Assembly: GCA_977862235.1 (NCBI GenBank)
Contig: OZ374565.1
Coordinates: forward strand, 124,001 to 188,000
DNA: 64,000 bases
Source of the DNA: Dudresnaya verticillata
Lineage: Eukaryota
Reading direction: 5' to 3'
Numbering within the stretch: position 1 is the first letter of the stretch; the number at the start of each line of letters is the position of its first letter. The position numbers and the translations under genes were made by a program. The notes beneath the pieces were generated by a model. The model was not told where the DNA came from. It ran no database searches and was given only the letters and a program-made list of their open reading frames with translations. Positions 1 through 9,169 of the stretch are shown piece after piece.

Positions 1-1710
1 CTATGTATGGCTTCCGCGTCTGGAGTCATGATGTTAAACAAGCTTACTTGCAGAGCTCAGAACAAATTTTGAGAAAGGTCTATTTGAAGCCCTCAAAGGA
101 GTTCGAGCTAGCACTCAACCAGTTGTTAGAGCTTCTCAAACCATTGTATGGTCTACCAGATTCTGGAGATTACTGGAACCAGACCATGCTACTGCATCTT
201 ACAAAGGACCTGTACATGCAGCGGACTGTCAGTGATGTTTCCTTGTTCTTCAGGTACATCGACGGAAAACTCGCAGGAATGACGGGTTCCTATGTAGATG
301 ATTCGTTACACTGTGGTAACGAAAAGTTTCTGAAACTTTCCGACAAGTCTTTAGAAAAGTTCGAATCAAGAGAAAGAGAGTTCGATGATGTTGTGTTCGC
401 AGGAGTGGCCGTCAAGAACTCTCCAAATGGATTTCAGCTTGGACAAGAAGACTACATAAGGAAGCTTTCTATCCTCCCGTTAGATTGTAGTTACTCTGAT
501 TTCAGGTCCAGTCGTGCTAAATTAGCATGGGTTACTCACACTAGACCTGACATATGTTTTATGGTGAACAAATTAGCACAACAGCAGCAAAGTTCGACAT
601 CGGACAAATTAAGAAATTGAACAAGGTCGTTAAGAAGATTCAGAAGGATCCGAAGAGATGCCTACAGTATCAAAAGTTGGACTTCCGCACGTTACATCTC
701 AAGGTGTACGCTGACTCGTCATTTGCTAATAACGAAGATCAGACCTCTCAGCTAGGCTACATCGTCCTACTAGCAGATGATTCGGGCAAATGCAGCATAA
801 CTCACTACTCCAGCCACAAGAGCAGACGCGTCGTTCGGTCTGTACTTGGCGGGGAAGTATATGCCTTCGCTGATGCTTTTGATTTCTCTTTCACCCTGAA
901 GCACGACCCTGAGCGCATTCTGAAGAAGAGAATCCCACTCAAGATCTTCACGGATTCTCGTAGCTTGTTTGACGTAATCACGAAAGCGTCTTCCACTACT
1001 GAGAAAAGGCTAATGATAGACATCAGAGCCGTTCGGAATGCTTATGATGCAAAAGAGATATCTGATGTTGGTTTCATTCGTTCTCAGCATAACCCGGCTG
1101 ATTCGTTTACCAAAGAAGGAGCAAATGATGCGCTCCATGACATTGTTTCAAAGGGAAAATACGACCATCCTATCGAACAATGGGTTGTTCGAGACTGGAA
1201 TACTTCACTAAAAATGTCTTAGTCTGCAAAAGTGACCAAGAAGGATTAAGCGAAAGAGACGGGACTTTGGAAAGACTGAAGCAGACTGACTGCTGAGGGT
1301 GCCAGATTGGCGCTTAGATGCGACACAGTTTTATCTACGTCGCAATAAATCTACTTAGTCTTTATTTACTTTTGCTACAGTAAAATATTTTCTAGTGGAT
1401 AGGTCGTACATTTAGAGACTAGAGCTAGTCTTTATGTGAAGATAGAGTTAGTCTTTTATTTAGTAGACTAACGCTGCAAAACTAGCTCTAAAAGTACGGT
1501 TTTACCTGCCGGAGTCTTGGCTAGCAAGCGCTCCGGCAGAGTATAAAGGGCCTCCCTCGCCGGCCAACTCGGCGAGGAAAGGACACACATTATCAACTCA
1601 AACCACCACCCCCAAGCCACTACTTGACATTTCCATATTTACCGTCAACCGCTGTACGCATCGTGTGTATTTTTCCCGTTTTTGCTTACAGCCGCGCCGG
1701 TTCTGCCACA
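1..1710 (+). mobile_element. 3' part of an upstream Ty1/copia LTR retrotransposon copy (RT-RNase H end, PPT region, LTR), truncated by the window start
   Basis: 1-1710 is near-identical to 6921-8627. Encodes copia RT motifs (HDVKQAYLQ, LLKPLYGL, SYVDD) and RNase H (ADSSF, TDSRS, NPADSFTK) in two frames (3..620, 554..1222). Confidence 0.92.
1277..1710 (+). repeat. Copia LTR (434 bp), shared between the tandem copies
   Basis: TGAAGCAGA...TCTGCCACA imperfect inverted termini (TG...CA). Identity to the second copy ends at CA 1710/8627. Preceded by a purine-rich tract; TATAAA at 1542-1547. The start is inferred from the terminal inverted repeat. Confidence 0.85.
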
Positions 1711-1739
1711 TTGATCAATTACGCTCTACCGCCGCCGTT

Positions 1740-2468
1740 ATGCCGCTACGAAGCGTCCTAAGTAAGTTTTTCATTTAATTTTTGCCTGGGTCTTTGCTCT
1801 TGCAAGTGGTAAATTCTCTTTGCTCGATTTGGTGTGCTTGAAGTGCTATAATCCCAAATTAAGTCACTGACGATTTGCCATTTATTTTTGAACCAATCGT
1901 AATTTGGCTTGCAACAGTTCCGACCACAGCCGCCTCGACACCTGTCTTGGCGGCGGGCATCGTTGCCTCCGGCGGCGCGGCCAATCTACGGGCCCCCGTT
2001 GCGACTGTAAGTGCTACCGTTACAGTCCCGGAGTGCAACGAAATTAAAAGTGCCGCCGTGCGCACTATACGGACCAACGCCGTATCTAAGGGCCTATCTA
2101 CGTCCCCGCCTTCGTCGCACGCACTACCGCCTGTGCCGCGCAAGCCCGCCGTCGCCGCGCCGCGTCCCGCGCAGCTACAGCGGTTGAACCGGCGCAAGGC
2201 GAAAGTCCTGGCCGACAAGGTAAATAAGGCCGCCAAGAAAACGCGTCGGGCACCGCGCGCGAAGCGTTTCTGCAAGCTGTGCAAGATTTCTTGCAACGGG
2301 CCGAAACCGTGGCTCGACCATATCGAGTCACGTGCCCATATTCAAGCACGCGATAATCGGCGCGAGCTACCGCGCTGTAAACCGTGCCACCGCACATTCG
2401 AGTCTCACGGACACCTGTCCCGCCACTTGAACAGTAAGGGCCACCTCGACGTAATTTCGAAACTCTAG
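1740..2468 (+). CDS. Accessory zinc-finger protein inside the copia element, join(1740..1761,1918..2468), 190 aa, two U1/matrin(JAZ/ZFR)-type C2H2 fingers
   Basis: Fingers FCKLCKISCNGPKPWLDHIESRAH and RCKPCHRTFESHGHLSRHLNSKGH both fit C-x2-C-x12-H-x5-H and follow a Lys/Arg-rich stretch. ATG 1740, donor GTAAGT at 1762, branch-like CACTGAC at 1865-1871 and acceptor CAG ending 1917 join in frame (A+TT = Ile). Confidence 0.8.
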
Positions 2469-2558
2469 ATTCTTTTGATAAAATTTGTTGCTTTCAAAAG
2501 AATTGTCTCAACTTAACAAAAGTTTCGAAATATCGTACACGTCCAAACCCGACCTGTA

Positions 2559-4244
2559 ATGGCGGACTCTGAGGATACCACCCTGCCACCTCAAGGGCTA
2601 CCCACCCACGGTAACCAAGGTGCTCCCGTCAGCTCCGCGAACGAGTTGGAGGAAACCGACTCAGAGGCATCTTCCTTGCATACTACCGTACCGTTTGCAG
2701 AAAATACCCGCCTTCACACCGTTGCACAGAAGACGTTTGTGGATGTCATCCGCACGCATCAGGAGTGCAATGTGACTGGTTCAGACTTCCTTGACATGTT
2801 TTGGGAAGACTATCCACCTTCTTTACTATTCGATGTTGCTATTGCATGTAATTTTGCTTTGATGAGAAGACTTGCCCTATTCTTACCAAGTAAGGTTGGT
2901 GTACCGTATGCTCCACATGAGTCGGGAGATGTTCTCAACCGGCTAGCTGTATCAATCTATGAAGGTCCCTATCTTGCTTCAGCGTACCGTCATATCAGGA
3001 GCATGGTTTTGTCTCTCGGCAGTATCAACAGATCTGATTCGAGTATCGGTTCATCATCTCGCGACTCTGTTCCCAGAAGTCATGGCAGTAAATCTGAACG
3101 CCCGGAACGACACCTAGCGCTAAAAACTGAGGATGGTAACGAAGACTCGGATCAGCCATCTGGTGCTACTATAGGTGCTCGGTCACCGGCTCACAACATG
3201 GCCGTTCGCTTCAAGGATGATTCCAAGAAGTTCTCTGGTGCTTTAGGAGAATGCTGGAAGGAATACTTGGAGGACTATGTTGATGCCGCTACTGACTACG
3301 AGTTGACCGAAAAACAGAAGCTGCAGTATCTTCCCAATATCCTTAAGGCTAGTGCTAAAAGGTACTTTAACCGCAAAGTTAAGCACTCAGCTCACTCCTT
3401 CACAGCTGCAGATGATATGATGGAAGCGTATTTCAACTCCATCTCTCGACAGCATCGTATCGAGAATCATCCCAATATGCTCCGCATCGAGAAGTTCGTT
3501 TCAGGGACAGTTAACCTCAGTGATGCATTGCAGAAAGTCGATGAGCAGATCTCAACGCTCGCTCCACAAGGCCCAATGCACTGTCATGCTGAAGCTAACA
3601 TGGTCGTCTACCTTCGTCGAGCAGTCATTGGACACTCGTGGGCTAAGGAACCAATCAGCCGTGCTTCAGCTGAAAGGCTGACTTACCAAGAGTTCTTCTC
3701 TCGACTCGAATCGGCTATTCAGCAGAACAGAGAGGAGAAATCCCATAGGGCTCAGATGAATCCCCGCAGCCGTTTTATCGGAGCTCCGCAGCCTGATTTT
3801 CCTAACACTCTACTTGCTAGATACGGAAGAGACAAGACCGTGGCTTTTGCCAGAGGTAATAGTAAGCCGGTCTCTGCCCAATCAAGCAATATCGTGTGTT
3901 TCAATTGCGGAAAGAACCACATGATTAGAGATTGTAAGGAAGTCATGGACGCAGCAGCAATTGCCGCACGAAAAGTTCAGTTTTATCAGAGGAAGAAGTT
4001 CGGAAATAATCAGAACAAAGCTTTGAAGCGAGTTTTGTTTGAAGTTTGCGAACAACTGAAACCTGAGCCTGAGATTGAGGATGCCCACACATTCTTCAAC
4101 GTCAGTGAAGAAGTAGAAGAGGAGATTCAAATCCGAGGTTCGGGAGATGAAAGAGAGTCGGAAGACGAAGAAGAAGAAGAAGACTCTATCGAACAGTTCT
4201 ATCAGTCCATTGAGGGTTCCATTCCCAATGGGTTGGATTTTTAG
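2559..4244 (+). CDS. gag: Retrotransposon Gag (561 aa) with zinc knuckle
   Basis: Long ORF between LTR and protease. Capsid-like KFSG...W..YL..Y segment, CFNCGKNHMIRDC knuckle, acidic tail ending GLDF*. Confidence 0.88.
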   Translation: MADSEDTTLPPQGLPTHGNQGAPVSSANELEETDSEASSLHTTVPFAENTRLHTVAQKTFVDVIRTHQECNVTGSDFLDMFWEDYPPSLLFDVAIACNFALMRRLALFLPSKVGVPYAPHESGDVLNRLAVSIYEGPYLASAYRHIRSMVLSLGSINRSDSSIGSSSRDSVPRSHGSKSERPERHLALKTEDGNEDSDQPSGATIGARSPAHNMAVRFKDDSKKFSGALGECWKEYLEDYVDAATDYELTEKQKLQYLPNILKASAKRYFNRKVKHSAHSFTAADDMMEAYFNSISRQHRIENHPNMLRIEKFVSGTVNLSDALQKVDEQISTLAPQGPMHCHAEANMVVYLRRAVIGHSWAKEPISRASAERLTYQEFFSRLESAIQQNREEKSHRAQMNPRSRFIGAPQPDFPNTLLARYGRDKTVAFARGNSKPVSAQSSNIVCFNCGKNHMIRDCKEVMDAAAIAARKVQFYQRKKFGNNQNKALKRVLFEVCEQLKPEPEIEDAHTFFNVSEEVEEEIQIRGSGDERESEDEEEEEDSIEQFYQSIEGSIPNGLDF

Positions 4245-4315
4245 AACGGAGTACTCGCCAATGTCACCCTGAATTGCCAGAGTCAGAGCAAATTGACACG
4301 AGCTCGAACGCTCCG
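4235..4315 (+). promoter_or_regulatory. Putative -1 ribosomal frameshift signal (G_GAT_TTT slippery heptamer plus downstream stem-loop)
   Basis: Heptamer 4235-4241 directly precedes the gag TAG. The -1 frame is open 4235-4450. Nested pairings CGGAG/CTCCG, CTCG/CGAG, TGTCA/TGACA, CTGA/TCAG start 5 nt downstream. Confidence 0.7.
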
Positions 4316-4425
4316 CCTAATTTACTATCTGGCATGAAAAATCCGATTCTGTTTAGTGCGTTAAAAAAGGGGAAAAGCCAAAAAATAGAAAACAGAAAAA
4401 TCCAAGAAGTAGAAATAGACCCTAC

Positions 4426-7400
4426 ATGCATATTCTCAACACCGGTATAGAAGACATTAAGTTGGACAGTAGCTCAAATGACTTCCACGGGGCTTGCATA
4501 GACACTGGAGCTCAACGCAGTGTAATTGGAAAGCAACAGGCAAAAGCATATTGCAAGAAGGTTGGAGTCCAATTCAAGCATAAAGCTTCTCCGCTAAGGT
4601 ACCGTCTTGGAAAGGGAACATTTTCTGCAATAGGTTCAATCCCAGTTAGAATTTGTACGCCTGATGGAAAAGTTCTGAGGTTGAACGTTGACGTTATTGA
4701 TGTGAAATTCCATTCTTACTTGGTCTAGATTTTCTAGATAGAGAGAAAATATTCGCGGACAACGTTGACAATCAGCTGGTCTGCAAACTAGGATGGCATA
4801 TGCCAATCGTTCGCAAGTTCGGTCATCTTTATGTCGATTGGACGGACTACGCCGTCAACTTTACCAAAGCAGAGCTGAAGAAACTCCATCTACACTTCTA
4901 TCATCCTACTGTACAGAAGCTTTACGCTCTGCTCAAAAGAGCTAAACCTGAAGAGGTTGACCACGACACGAAGAAGCTTCTAAACAAAATTACTACAGCA
5001 TGAAGTGCAACACCCAAACACGGGGATTGCCCCAACCGTGTTCGACGCGGTCTCCCGCGGTTAGGTAGCAGGCGCCACGCGGTGAGGCGGGCGCCTGTGT
5101 GCTGGTAGAGCAGCCGAGACACGGGGTGTGCCCCGGGGATAGTGTAACCGGGGTCGACTGTAAACCCCCGATCCACCTGAAGTGCCGTAGTGCACGTAAA
5201 CGTAGCGACGGCGATACACGCCGGTAGGATGGCGCGGAAGAGGGACTCAGAACAGGGTACGTAGCCCGAGTTGCGTCCGGTGGTGACACCGGAAGCAAAG
5301 TCGGGGGTATCCTCAGGTTCCGAGACCAACTTGGCGCTTTACTGTGAGAGGGGCTCACCCCGTATACTAAGTATCCCCCGCGGGAGGTGCGCGCGCGTGT
5401 CTGGCGCCGTGCGCCTGACACTTGGCATGTGCGCGCACCGCGGGCTCACTAAAATATCGCGCAAAAATATCTAGCGTAGAAATACTACTAGCGCACTGTA
5501 AATCAGTGTAAACTAAGGGTGCGCGTTGCTGGCGTGCACCCGATCGAGGACTCCCTCGGATATGTTCGGCGCGCGTGTCGCGCGTGTAAACGTGGATGAG
5601 TGCGCATACCAGTGCGCGTGTATGTGAGCGGGCGTCCGCGCAAAAACAGGTTCCGGGCACTGCACCACACAGCATGCCAAACTTGTCAAAGATTCACTCC
5701 ACGACAACAGAGTTTCAAGGTTTCATTTCCAAAGGGAATCGTATTTAACCAAGAGCTCGCATTGGATTTAATGTTTCTTGACGGAATGGCAGTACTACAT
5801 GTCGTGGACTTGCAAACGCATTTTAGTGCAGCAACATTTTTGGCTGGTCAATCGATACAGGCTACTTGGTATGCATTCTTGGAATGCTGGGCTACCGTAT
5901 ACACTGGTTTCCCAGACTCTATTAAGACAGACCAAGGAAGCATATTTACTTCACCAAAGTGGAAAGAAATTATGGACGCCTACGGTATTGCGTTTACACT
6001 TACCGCCGTAGAAAGCCATAATTCCTTAGGTGCTGGTGAAAGGTATCACGCACCATTGAGAAGGATTTATCACAAAATCCGACATTCTCAGCCGAATATT
6101 GATGTCATGATGGCTCTTAGATTAGCTGTCAAGGCGATGAATGATACTATGAACCCTGAGGGGCTCGTTCCTTCCCTCCTCGTCTTCGGTGTTCTACCAA
6201 GGTTTCCTGGAGCATCTCAGTCCTTACCTGATCAGCAAGAAAGAATGCAGGCACTCTTGCTTGCTAGACTTGAGATGGAAATTATTTCTAACCAACTCCG
6301 TTTACGGAAGGCATTAGAATCGAGGCTTCCGCAAGCTGCTTCCCATGAGCTGGAAGTTGGACAGGAAGTTCTAGTGTATCGAGAAGATGAGAAACCGATC
6401 AAATGGACTGGCCCGTTCAAGATCAAGAGATTAGAAGGGAAGCAAGTGTTCATAGATCGAGATGGTACTGAGGCTCAACACTCAGTAGCCCAAGTCAAGC
6501 CGTTCCTTCAAGAGGAGGAAGTCGGTGAAAACTTTGTGGACGTACTACACTCAATGGTAAGGCCTTTCGTTTCCTGCAAAGGCAGGGAACAAGAACCAGC
6601 TAGAGTGTATGTCACTGAAGTTCTACATCCAAGAGACCCTAGAGGAGGCTCTCCAGAGTTCTTGGAAGCTAAGAAGAAAGAGATTAAAGGTCTCATTGAG
6701 AAGGGTACTTGGAAATTAGTACTGAGAGAAGACGTCCCCAATAACGCAAACATATTGAATGGTAGATTTGTTTTGGCTATCAAGAATGCCAATACTAACG
6801 AAGAGATTTTCAAAGCAAGATATGTGGTCCAAGGACATAAGGATAAGGAGAAGAACTTCTTGATCCACAATTCTACCAACGTGAGACAGAGTTCTACACG
6901 ACTGATGATGGCAATAGCTTCTATGTATGGCTTCCGCGTCTGGAGTCATGATGTTAAACAAGCTTACTTGCAGAGCTCAGAACAAATTTTGAGAAAGGTC
7001 TATTTGAAGCCCTCAAAGGAGTTCGAGCTAGCACTCAACCAGTTGTTAGAGCTTCTCAAACCATTGTATGGTCTACCAGATTCTGGAGATTACTGGAACC
7101 AGACCATGCTACTGCATCTTACAAAGGACCTGTACATGCAGCGGACTGTCAGTGATGTTTCCTTGTTCTTCAGGTACATCGACGGAAAACTCGCAGGAAT
7201 GACGGGTTCCTATGATGATTCGTTACACTGTGGTAACGAAAAGTTTCTGAAACTTTCCGACAAGTCTTTAGAAAAGTTCGAATCAAGAGAAAGAGAGTTC
7301 GATGATGTTGTGTTCGCAGGAGTGGCCGTCAAGAACTCTCCAAATGGATTTCAGCTTGGACAAGAAGACTACATAAGGAAGCTTTCTATCCTCCCGTTAG

Positions 7401-8139
7401 ATTGTAGTTACTCTGATTTCAGGTCCAGTCGTGCTAAATTAGCATGGGTTACTCACACTAGACCTGACATATGTTTTATGGTGAACAAATTAGCACAACA
7501 GCAGCAAAGTTCGACATCGGACAAATTAAGAAATTGAACAAGGTCGTTAAGAAGATTCAGAAGGATCCGAAGAGATGCCTACAGTATCAAAAGTTGGACT
7601 TCCGCACGTTACATCTCAAGGTGTACGCTGACTCGTCATTTGCTAATAACGAAGATCAGACCTCTCAGCTAGGCTACATCGTCCTACTAGCAGATGATTC
7701 GGGCAAATGCAGCATAACTCACTACTCCAGCCACAAGAGCAGACGCGTCGTTCGGTCTGTACTTGGCGGGGAAGTATATGCCTTCGCTGATGCTTTTGAT
7801 TTCTCTTTCACCCTGAAGCACGACCCTGAGCGCATTCTGAAGAAGAGAATCCCACTCAAGATCTTCACGGATTCTCGTAGCTTGTTTGACGTAATCACGA
7901 AAGCGTCTTCCACTACTGAGAAAAGGCTAATGATAGACATCAGAGCCGTTCGGAATGCTTATGATGCAAAAGAGATATCTGATGTTGGTTTCATTCGTTC
8001 TCAGCATAACCCGGCTGATTCGTTTACCAAAGAAGGAGCAAATGATGCGCTCCATGACATTGTTTCAAAGGGAAAATACGACCATCCTATCGAACAATGG
8101 GTTGTTCGAGACTGGAATACTTCACTAAAAATGTCTTAG
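4426..8139 (+). pseudogene. pol: Copia pol (protease-integrase-RT-RNase H), broken by frameshifts, a solo-LTR insertion and a YVDD->YDD deletion
   Basis: Protease CIDTGAQRS; integrase HLHFYH...CQTC split by the insertion; DLMF, TDQGS and GAGERYH core; RT and RNase H motifs. Frameshifts near ~4430, ~4705 and ~7495. Confidence 0.9.
5001..5669. mobile_element. Solo LTR (669 bp, GC-rich) inserted in the integrase zinc finger
   Basis: TGAAGTGCA...TGCACCACA termini and 5-bp duplication CAGCA (4996-5000, 5670-5674). Removing it restores ...KITTA-CQTCQRF. Confidence 0.88.
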
Positions 8140-8193
8140 TCTGCAAAAGTGACCAAGAAGGATTAAGCGAAAGAGACGGGACTTTGGAAAGAC

Positions 8194-8627
8194 TGAAGCA
8201 GACTGACTGCTGAGGGTGCCAGATTGGCGCTTAGATGCGACACAGTTTTATCTACGTCGCAATAAATCTACTTAGTCTTTATTTACTTTTGCTACAGTAA
8301 AATATTTTCTAGTGGATAGGTCGTACATTTAGAGACTAGAGCTAGTCTTTATGTGAAGATAGAGTTAGTCTTTTATTTAGTAGACTAACGCTGCAAAACT
8401 AGCTCTAAAAGTACGGTTTTACCTGCCGGAGTCTTGGCTAGCAAGCGCTCCGGCAGAGTATAAAGGGCCTCCCTCGCCGGCCAACTCGGCGAGGAAAGGA
8501 CACACATTATCAACTCAAACCACCACCCCAAAGCCACTACTTGACATTTCCATATTTACCGTCAACCGCTGTACACATCGTGTGTATTTTTCCCGTTTTT
8601 GCTTACAGCCGCGCCGGTTCTGCCACA
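8194..8627 (+). repeat. Copia 3' LTR (434 bp)
   Basis: Copy of 1277-1710 with two substitutions noticed by eye; ends TGCCACA, then unrelated flank. Confidence 0.88.
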
Positions 8628-9169
8628 GTCGTCCTCGTCGTCAACGCTCATGACGGATGCTCCCCAGCACGGTGGACAGGAATGCGGAGCTCACAGGGCC
8701 GGGCGTGTTTACTTCGTACAGTACTGAATCTCGACTATTTCGCTACTAATAAAAAATAACAAATAGACGTGTTTTGGGGGCATTAGAAATAGCATCTCTT
8801 TGCGGTAATTAAAAACAGCTAATAAACTAACACCAAGGCTCTTCAATGCTGGTATCGTATGCTACGCTCGTGGTGGCACCAAGAGCTCTTCTTGCCTATC
8901 GTGAAATTGTAAGCTGTACTCTTAGCCCCAACGTGAACTTTGCCACCTTCGGCATCGTTACGGTGGTAGATGAGGTCTTGCTTTTGGCAGGAATTGAGAC
9001 TGGACCACTCGGTTGGCCAATGAGGAGACGTTGAGGTGGTGGCAGCGGCGACTACTTTCGGTCAAGTGAGGAGGGTCAGCAGACCCCTCCACACTTCGCG
9101 TCACCTTCTGCGCGCAAACACTAGAGGCAGCACACCATGTGACAAGTAGTGGTGATGATTCAATTTTTA

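Larger units (their letters stand above)
1277..8627 (+). mobile_element. Full-length but disrupted Ty1/copia LTR retrotransposon (GalEa/CoDi-like by motif style), sharing its 5' LTR with the upstream copy
   Basis: LTRs at 1277-1710 and 8194-8627. Order is extra ORF, gag, PR, IN, RT, RNase H; integrase before RT defines Ty1/copia. The clade assignment is inference. Confidence 0.93.

Noticed and set aside
1711..1735. GCTCTACC after the copia LTR is complementary to a tRNA D-arm motif (GGTAGAGC), suggesting a half-tRNA PBS
   Set aside because: The adjoining bases do not give a canonical anticodon arm and the gypsy site lacks the motif; needs the host tRNA set.
5001..5669. Hammerhead ribozyme (retrozyme) in the structured solo LTR
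   Set aside because: No CTGANGA...GAAA core found by eye.
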